From Lingula anatina (Eukaryota; Animalia; Brachiopoda), in contig CM120640.1 in assembly GCA_051362555.1 (NCBI GenBank), positions 54,600,788-54,664,787 on the forward strand: 64,000 bases of DNA. The letters run 5' to 3'. The position numbers and the translations under genes are program-made. Of this stretch, positions 12,301-22,567 are shown piece by piece. A model generated the notes under the pieces. It was not told where the DNA came from, made no database searches, and saw nothing but the letters and a program-made list of their open reading frames with translations. Each line of letters begins with the position of its first letter. The first letter of the stretch is position 1.

Positions 12301-15300
12301 ATCAGCTCATTCTTCTTGATTCCTGCTGATTCCAATTAAGTGTGACGGGGGTTTAAGGGGATTTTTTTTTCAATTCTTAGTTCAACATGGTTTGTGATCG
12401 CAAGTACCTGAACAACTTGGCCCAGTCCATGTACATGGCGGGAATGTTGGTTGGAGCCATTGTTATCGGTGATTTGTCCGACAGGTAAGTGTGAACCTAC
12501 GCGTATAGTTTGAGATGCCATGTCCTCTGAAAGACATCTCGGCCTAATCTTGGTCGAATTAAATTATTCTACGCTTTTACAAAATGCATACGATTAGAAA
12601 TTATGAGTTTAAATCCATTGCGTTTTATATTTTCAGGTTTGGCAGGAAGCGTTTAATGTTCATAAGTCAGGTTTTTCAAGTGCTTTGCGGCGTTGCGCTG
12701 GCGTTCGCTCCAGAGTACATCACTTTCACCACTCTACGTTTTCTTCTTGGGGCTGCACATTCCGGAGTCTTCCTGCCAGGATTTGTGATCGGTGAGAGCA
12801 TCATATTTATAACATGTATTTGGATCCGTCGTGGAATATAGCATTATGAGAACGTAGGTAACATGTCAATGGTACAAAAATCGCTGTAAGACTGTTGACT
12901 CTTGTCGTTAAATAAAGAAGAATTTAAATCGATTCAAACAAATAAATGTTAACTGTAAATTTACTATATATTTCTGAAAAGCTTTTGTATGTTTTCTGTC
13001 TAGCGCAAGTACAACTTCTGTAGCACGTAAACGTGGTCTTATTGAGAAATTCAATTAATATCTTACAGCTATGGAGTTGATTGGAGCAAAACAAGGACGG
13101 GCTATCACTGGGATTTCATTCAATGCCTTTTTTGCTGTGGGGTTTTGCACTTTATCGTTAGCAGCATATTTCGTTCAGTATTGGTTTTGGCTTCAACTGA
13201 TCATAACTGCTCCAAGTGTTTTCTTTTTGATTTATTGTTGGTAAGTGTTACTTGCACAAATGATTTTTAAAACATTGATCATTATGTGCTCAAAACTGGC
13301 GGAAGCAGAGTTTTGGCCATTATGTTTTGGTATTATGATCAAAAATTCATGCTAAAGTCCCTCTTTAACGGTGCAATATACTTTATTTCTTGCCACAATT
13401 TTAAAATTCCGTGACAAAGTTGGCAAATGACAACTTAATGACGTCACAAAACATTTTGTTTTTCCCTACTAGGGACAGAATAATTCCAGGATCTGCAAGA
13501 TGGTTTATGCAAAACTCTCAAGTAGAGCGTTCAAAGAAAATCATACAAAAGGCGGCAAAAATGAACGGCATGCCTGATATACAAAAGCTGATAGATCAGG
13601 TATTGCAACCAGTAGCAGCCTAAAAAGACCTATAGGTATAATTGTCAAAAAAAAAAAAAAAAAAAACAAAAAAGAAAAAAAAAATCTTATCTCTCAATAA
13701 TATCTTTAAATTTCATTTTATATGCTTCAAGTTTTCAAAGCATGTCAACTGATTCAAGACACAATCCTACGAGCTGTGATATTTCAATACATGTTGGAAT
13801 GCGCGAGAACACACACCTTTTTTTAAAAAATCACATATCTGATGTCGAATTCTTATTTTAAATTTACATTCTTTTTTCAGTTAGAGCCTGACTCACATGA
13901 AAAATCGCATGTGTTCAAGATTATGAAATATCCTCGTATGAGAAATAGAGCTCTGATAATGTTCTTTAATTGGTAAGTAAGTTTGCAACTCGTCGGTTAC
14001 ATGTGTTTGTTTCTTCGCGTGAAAAAAAAATTAGCACGGGACAGGGTTTTATTTTCCTAAGAATGCAACGCGTCAATGAAAAATATTTTTCGGTGTATTC
14101 CTTATGAATTATAGTATAAATGACATATCATATCATTAAAAATCAAGTATTTAATTATTTACTTAGTTGACTACACTTTCTTAGGTTCACCACGAGCTTG
14201 GTGTTTTATGGCTTGTCCCTCGGCACGTCACAGCTTCCTGGTGGCAATGATTATTTGAACTTGTCGTTGTCTGGGTTGGTGGAATTCCCTGGATTTCTGT
14301 TTTGCATTCTGGTCATGGACCGGATAGGGCGGCGGCCATGCTTATGCATTAGCATGATATCCTGTGGGGTTGCTTGTATTGGAGCTGCCGTCATCCCTGA
14401 TACAGCAGGTGAAGTTGGAATACCCTTGCACATCTTAATATTAAAAAATTAAAAATTGCTTTCGTTTAATCAGGAGAAGTCAGTTTTGGTCCACTGTGAT
14501 TTCACAAATGTGAATGTTTGGCAAATAGTACAAAACATCTGAACTTGAAGACCAAAAGCCCCTTAACCTTAGTTTTAACGTACAATAAAATATTTTGAAT
14601 TTTGCATTAAATCCAGGATTAGACTGGCTAAGCATAACGCTGTCCATGATTGGCAAAGCCTTCTCTGGTGCATGCTTTGTCCTTGTGTACAACTACTCCG
14701 CTGAGGCATTCCCTACCGTCGTACGAAACGGAGTGATCGGAGTCTGTTCCATGATCGCCAGGGTCGGGGGAATTCTTGCACCACTTGTTAATTTGACGGT
14801 AAGATTTAAAATAGGTTAAAAAATTTCTTTAAATATTTGAACACATTTAATACATATGTAAGTTGAAAACTTGTGTAGTAGTTGGTAGATCATTTTCGTT
14901 TGGGCAGATATGGTAAGATAACTCTTTGAAGAGAAGGTAGACTCGGTACCAATTATTTTACCTTCTTTTTTAAATGTTTCTCGCTTCGTCACACCTGTAG
15001 TCAGAAAGTTCAGAAGGGGGGGGGGGCTGCAAAAGTAGACTTTTTATCCCCTTTGTTGTCCCAACTTGAGAAATGGCATAGAAGCAGTCGCAAATGTTGA
15101 TTCAAAGTGGATCCTGAACGGACAAACCGCCGGAACGCCCCTTGCTTACAGGCCTATCAGCTGTATGACTACCTCAGTGAAAATTTCGTGTATGAATGAA
15201 AAGGAGTTAAAGTCATGAAAGGAAGATATCCATAAAAATCACAATGAATATAGCACTTCCATAGACACTCTTTTGCCTACTTGAATATGTAAAGGCGTTA

Positions 15301-15638
15301 TTATTTTTAAAATAAGAGCATTCTAGAAAGGTCCATAACCATGAGGCTTACATCTTATCTTAAATGAAAACGGTATACTGTGTTATATATTTCACAGGGA
15401 TCATATACTTCCAAGGAGATTCCACCGATCGTTTTTGGTGTTACCTCCCTAGTTGCTGGTCTTCTGGCTCTTTTACTTCCTGAAACACTGGGCACACACA
15501 TGCCAGAGACACTGGAGCACGGCGAGGCATTCGGAACTCCCAAATATAACGAGTAAGTATGCAGTTTGAAACTTTCTGTTGGTTCTCAATTACGATCATA
15601 ACCAAATATGTTGTTAAATAGTCGGGTAGCTACAAGTT

Positions 15639-15681
<43 letters not shown>

Positions 15682-16211
15682 GCAGTACCTATTTTGTCAT
15701 TGATACTTGGTCCAAGTAGAGAAGTGTTAAAATACTTGTTCACACATTACGTGTAACTTGTGTGTATTGTTACCCATAAATCAGTGTTATTTCTTTCTAG
15801 AACCCTCTATGCCTCTGCTTCAAAAACAGATAAGAATGACATTCAATATGATCGGTGAGTATATAGCCTTTTTCGACATGCATCGCATAGGCTACGTTTT
15901 CTCCCATTTTCGAACCTAAAGTTCGTCTTTCTGTAAACCTTTTAAGGAAAATTAAAGGTATACATAGTTGCAGCATTTCCCGCATATATATCCATTTGGA
16001 ATGTTGATTTTTGTACAGGCCTCTACATGTACCTCATCGTTTTTACCTCCTAATTTGGCAATTTTATTTTAGGAGCAAAGAACAAAATACCAGTCAGAGC
16101 AGTAAGGTGGGGGCGATAAATGAAAGCTTTAATAACGATGATTACGGCAGCGAAGATGAAAGCCATTCACCGCGCTCAGGGAAGCTTCAAACAACGCACA
16201 GCTGGAAGTAG
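9315..16211 (+). CDS. SLC22/Orct-like organic cation/anion transporter, paralog 2 (complete, 11 coding exons)
   Basis: Exons 9315-9457 ([18 protein letters not shown]), 10009-10234 (extracellular Cys loop, CNQWVYDTS), 12381-12484 ([10 protein letters not shown]...GDLSDR), 12637-12791 (FGRK), 13069-13240, 13473-13599, 13881-13972, 14185-14408, 14617-14798, 15398-15552 (LLLPETLG) and 16073-16211 (stop TAG). All are GT-AG with compatible phases. Confidence 0.95.
10360..10522. mobile_element. MITE family A, diverged copy 2
   Basis: Shares cggactaac, atatggccgacc, cacttgaat, cgggaaatctattca and gtcgccatat with the 1320 copy. Confidence 0.65.
11004..12353. mobile_element. PIF/Harbinger-type MITE (outer copy) interrupted by a same-family copy
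   Basis: Ends tacccccgtcccact... and ...aagtgtgacgggggtt; TAA on both flanks (11001-11003, 12354-12356). Confidence 0.8.
11312..11969. mobile_element. PIF/Harbinger-type MITE (inner, nested copy in opposite orientation)
   Basis: Ends gacccccgtcacactta... and ...ctagtgtgacgggggta; TAA on both flanks (11309-11311, 11970-11972). Segment 11686-11969 is the inverted homolog of 11004-11278. Confidence 0.8.
15199..15320. repeat. Dispersed repeat fragment shared with 18301-18430
   Basis: aaaggagtt.aagtcatgaaaggaagata.cc.taaaaatcacaatg...acactcttttg...aataagagca occurs at both sites. Confidence 0.75.
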
Positions 16212-17946
16212 AGTATTTTTGCAAAATGAACAGCGGCTCCATGACTGCGCAAACGACGGTCTCATATTCTTTAAGAGATAATTTAAATATACTATAGGGT
16301 TGTGAAAAGCAAATAAGAAAGGGGATGAAGCTTTTGACAATAGCTCATTTCAAACGTACTTTGTTGTCCTTCATATACACCATCCATGATCCTTCTATTT
16401 TTCTATAACTGAAGTTTAAGAGGTTATTATTAAGTGTATAAATTGTGGCGAGACAGAATTGCGCGATCACCATAACAGATGGGAGGACAAAATATTTACT
16501 TTTGATCAGTGATAACTAATACCGTTTTATAATTCCACTGGTCAAATCTGCATGTGCCATGCAAACATAGATTCTGGGGTATTGCCCAAAATAAAGTCAT
16601 GTCTGGTACTTAACAAGAAGGCTATACATTGACGCTTCTAAGTCATCATATCTCTCATTTGTATGGGTTGAACTTCAGATAATTATTTTTAGTGTTTGTT
16701 TTAAAAATAAGTTTCATTTTATTTGGCATTTATTATTAGAAGAAAATTGTGAGACATGCAATGTACATCATTTAGCAGGACACGTATCCCAGTAATCTAG
16801 CATTTTCAGTAGGCCTTACCATCACTGACTCAGTTTATTTTTATCATCCGTGCCCTTCATATTTGCCAGGGTAAGCTAAATTTCTGGACCTCCACATTTT
16901 CCAGATAACACGATGGACATCATTGTATTTACCTCAGCTGCCCATCCTCTAAAAGCAAATATTAACTCTCAAACATTGGTCATAAATGACAGTAGCCAGT
17001 CAGAGCCTTAGGTGAATCATGCTAATCCCTCCATCACAATAAAGAAATGGTAGGTCAGTACACTGCCTTTCATCATATCATTTATGTACTTTTACAAGGG
17101 GTGTATTTGGACAAATCTGATCATATTATCATAGCTGCAAAACCCTAATGTCCCAGAATTGCACTCATGAGAAATAAGATGATTTTGGCGTATATGTATA
17201 AGCAGAGATTCAAAAGTAGGACCCCAAATTTGCTCAGGAGTATGTTGCATCTTTATTATTACCTCCTGTTATTGGAAATGTTATGACACAATGATATCAT
17301 TTGTGATATTTGGAAGCATGTTGCAACTCACATGATAGGTTAATCTTGGTCATTTATGCATGTGCTGCAACTGAAACTGTATATGAGGCACCTGAATGAA
17401 AATGTAAGTTGTCATTTTCTTGAGTCATTAATACATACTGGATACATATACTGTAACAATATATAACAATTTGAGTATAATAAAAAAAGTTCATTATGCA
17501 TGCATATTATGCCTATACTTGGTCAGCTCATATCCTTTTGCAAGGCTGCAAAGAAGCCGTGTTGAAAACACTACAATGTAATCATCAAGCAGTAAGAATA
17601 TAATTCAGCAAAACTACCAGATCAAATGAAATTAAATTTTTACACTAGCACTTACTTTTGAGTCTTTAAAAATTGACTCTAATATAAAGATAATTACTAT
17701 TTAGATTCCAAAAAATACATTTCATAATTTGTGATGGATTGCATAATTGTAAATGACATTATTGCCTTTATGTTACTTTCTCTTCCTCTAAAATTTTGGC
17801 ACTTCCATTGCATAACATGCATATCAGACTTTAAACCAAAAACTATAATGCACTAAATCTGTCTGTCCAGAAATCTCTGCTGCACTTTGAGTTCCCAGAT
17901 AACAGGGTATGGATGTATCAGAAAGCTTCATTCTGACAAAACAATT

Positions 17947-20900
17947 TTACAATCTGGTGTTCATTCTTTGCCACTTTTCCACCAATTTATTAATCACTCT
18001 AGGATTTTTCTTCAGCCATCGTGTAGCATACTTCATATATTTCTTTCCATGCGGAGTAAATTGTTTCAACTTCTTACAAAACTTTGACCTTGTGCTTGGA
18101 AAATATTTCTTAAAGATGGTTCTCACTACCTGAACAGAATCACCTGAAAAGACAGTGCACTTAAGTTTATCTATCCAATAAAGATAGCATTCACCAACTG
18201 AATTCAACCATTTGAACAGAGAGAACATTCACTGAACAATGACAATAGTCAAGCATTACAAAATATGGAAGACCAGATGTGACTTCTTTTAACAAAATAT
18301 AAAGGAGTTTAAGTCATGAAAGGAAGATACCCCTAAAAATCACAATGCACTACCATACACACTCTTTTGTAGATCAGGCATATAGGCCTACTGGAGTATA
18401 TAAAGACATTATTATTTTTCAATAAGAGCAATTTTCTTGCTCCCAACTTTCTTGCTCCCAATTTCCCCCTTTTTTAAACTAAACTAAAAGAATATGCTCA
18501 CCCTGAGGCTGAACAGGGAAGGGGGTGGTGTCAAATGTAAATGGTTGCTCAACCTGAGAGAAAACATTCTTGTTGAATGCAGTTTGGTTAAACTTTTGCC
18601 CCTGAAATTAAAAAAAAATGTTGGAAATAAACTGCTGATGTGATCACAGTTGAAACTCAGATGCAAGTATTTGGAATAGTTACTGATCCCACTTGCTGTT
18701 GCCTCTTGCCTAGTGAAATGTGATCAAGGCAGCGAAGTAGGTGCAAGGAAGAAAAAAAACAAGTAAAAAACACACTATACTATGGATCTATACCAAATAA
18801 CCATTACTTAAGTTGGAGAGAATTAACAGCTTTAAGGCTTTGATGGCGTGTCATAAAACTATCAGTGGTATCTTTAGAATACAGGCCTTTTTCACCCCTT
18901 CACCTGTTGAAGCAATACTGTGAGGTTTTAACTTTTCTTGTGCAAACACTTGTACACAAACTTAAAACTTTAAAATAATCAGAATGTTACAAGATGGTTC
19001 ACATTTGTCTTAATGCTCACATTATTTAAGTCTGAAATAAAAATAATAATAAATGCCCTTCACATTTTTGAAGAGTACCTTTGACAATGCTTCCTTCAGC
19101 TGATTGATAAACAATAGCCAGCGTGGTAGGTAATATTTCCCAACCAGTCCTCCCCACTGCTTGGCAGCATAGTCTAGGATCTGTGAAAAAAATTTTGTTA
19201 AGATAAACATTTTATCATTCTTGATTGAAGATATCTAGGGCAAAAAGTATCTGACCACTGTAACAGTTGCAAAAATGATTTATTCAATTTGAGGTGTTAA
19301 TTTTTTGTAATGCAAACTGCCTAAAAATTATTTTTTGAAAATCAAAATTCCATGCATTTTCCTACAGTAGTTTACTATCTGCCAACCAGCACATACTGTC
19401 TCAGTCCACCTTTTCTACAATATATTAAGGCTATTTAGTCAACAACTTTAAGTAAACATATAAAGACACCATTAAAGGCTCCATGTTGTGATAAAAAGAT
19501 GCCAGCCATACCTCCCCATTAGGACCCCACAGTGTAACTTGATTCCTGGCATTGTATTCGTATAATTTCCTCTCAGCCTCAGACTCGGCCATGTTGTGAG
19601 CATCAGCTATCCAGGCACCCAATAAGAAGTGCTGATCACTGGACAGTAAGGTGTCCATGTCTGTCAGCAACTCTATGAACATCCCACTAGTTGTACTGGA
19701 AATAAAGAAAACAGTATATGTTTCATGCATAACACATAATATGGCAGGTGTTCACCAAAGACACTTTCTGGAATATATGAAACAAATGTACGTAATAATC
19801 AACCATAGGATGCATCTTAAAACTTGCATTTTTGTTGATGACCCTTTTTGAAAGTCTAATTTCTAAATAATCAAAATAATGGCAACCAATCCCAACACAT
19901 ATTAAAACTACCATTAGATATAACATTTGCTTCTAATGATTTTTCTGTTAGTAGCTCTTTTCCTACGTGGTTTCATAAAATCTTACTTTCTTAAATTATA
20001 TTTCCATAGTACTATGAGAAAAATGTGCTTTCTCATATACATACTTAAATAAAGTTGCATTTTTGCTTTTATAAGCAGTAATCATGATGGTATAGTACTG
20101 CAGTCCCAGCAGCTGTAATACTTGTCTTGTCACATCTACCAAATCATATCTGAAAACAACAGGTTTTATCATCAAATATTCATACTTTATGCCAAACTGC
20201 ATAACAAATCTAATCCAAAGCATATAACTATGACATGAACAAACAAAGGAAAAATTTGACATTTCTACAAAGACAGTTGTGATGTTTTAACATTATTGCT
20301 ATTTCAGAAAAGAAAACCTACCTGAATAAATCACTACTCTTTAGTTTTGAACTGTCAGATACAAAATATTTCCATGCTGCAATCACAACTTTGGGATCAT
20401 ACCATACCTGCAATATTGCAAACAATCCCAAAACTGTCATTGTTTTTCTAAACAATGAAATCTGAAAATCTGTAAATTATTAGCTGAAATCTGTAAATTA
20501 TTAGATGACAGTTTCCTACTTAACAAGGTTTGTTGTTTGTAGCTGCATAGCAAAAAAAACGTTGATGCTAGCATAATTCTTTTTTAAAAACAAGTAATTG
20601 AATTTTTATCAAACCAAAGTTAAAAATAGGCAAATATATTTGATTAATTTTTTTTAGTTTCTGGCAATAATTCTTAATGACAGTATTAGTAACTATTGGA
20701 TACATACAAATCAATGAAGATTTGCTTTAATCTATCTACTCATGGGTGAAAGTTGTAAAAACCGAAAATTCTGAAAACATAGCTTGCAATTTCTCATTGC
20801 ATTTACGTAGACCAAAAGAAGAAAAAAAATAAAAACAATAAAACTGAAGACTGAAAATCCTGAAATCAGGCATAATCCTGAAAATTTTCACCCATGTGTA

Positions 20901-22522
20901 CTACACTATAATATTTTTGCAAAAACCATGATTTTTCATGCAGCCTTTTGTGATATTAGCTGGAAAACACTATTTTTGCAATATTTTTCTCAAATTTTCT
21001 CTCAAAGAAGATGAAAATATTTTAGCCAGACTATTAATCTATTATCAATGCCATTGTAACCAAAGGATATATAGCATGTCAATGGAATATGAAGACAACT
21101 AATTTTAAAAATAAACAAACAATGAAAATAACATGGAAATGAAGATAACATGAACATCGTGTTAAGTCCTCTGCGCCAATTCTGTATGTGTAATATACAG
21201 GATACACAGCAGAGTCTACTTACATCAGGTTTTATAGGTGGACTCAGCCTTGGTCTCTGTGTGGGAATATTGTTGTTTGAAAAGTCATCATGTCTATCTG
21301 TGCAGTTGTATATACTATGCTAACATCAGTCAACATGCACAAAGAAAAAAAAACATGCAATCAATCAATTGATGTCAAACATGCAATTCATTCTAAGTAA
21401 CAGGAGATATCAATCGAGTTTGAAAAACCTCTGTCCCGGTGAACTTACATCAGCTTTAATTTTCAGTGCTGGCCTATGTACCACGACATAACGTCCATGA
21501 TGCTTCAAATTGGTGGTACTATTGTACACACTGCGCTGGAGTTGATAGATTTTGAGATGAGAAAAGAGTAGGTAGCCTACACTTTATCCACAAAAAAGAT
21601 TCAATTACACATTCACCATATATGTTTAATAAGAAATAATAATGGTGTAAAATTATCACCACATAACTGGTACATTTACAAATCTTTCTTTGTCTCTTTC
21701 ATATTTCACTGAATGATTAAAAAAAAAAAAAAAAAAAAAATCTCAGAATGGGTGACCCTTTTTTTATGATCTAGAAAACTAATTAATGTTCACTATTTGC
21801 TTCATATCAATGTGAGATATCACATACTGTTCTAATATAACAATACAAATGTCCAGCCAGCAAAAACATATTAATATAAAATACATAATAAACAAGTACC
21901 ATAAGATATATCCAGCCAGTCTGAACATTAAGGCTGCTTATACCATATCTCCTGTCAGCATAGTTCATAAACCTACCAACAACAACAATCTGCTTTAGTA
22001 TTTTATGTTTTAGGCAGAAAAAAAAGAAAAACATATCAGTTTCAATTTCTAAAAGCACAAAAATTTTCAAACCAGAAAATGCTTCACAAGCCATTGCAAA
22101 TTATCCATATAAACAAGAAAGTTCATATCATGTACATATAATATATATAGTCTTTACAATACATACACGTATGTGTTAATAACCAAATAAAAATGTATTA
22201 TTAATCAATAAAAGTTCATTATACTTAAAATGACCCACTTCAAACTCACCATGTGATGGTGTTGACTGGTTTCTCTCTGGCTATGTTTTCATTCATAAAT
22301 TCATAGATGACATCATTCTGATTGATGCCCTCTGGAGTCAAGCCAATCCCTATCATTGAACTATTAGGGTATGCCCTGGCTTTGAATGGTCCCTGGATAA
22401 CCAACAGAGGAGGTTCATTTTCATTTATTGCACTTTAATAGCTGGTAATTAAGAAGTGTTTTTTTGTCATTAATAAGCATTTCATGAGTATATATAATTT
22501 TAAACATTTCAAGTCTATCTTA

Positions 22523-22567
<45 letters not shown>

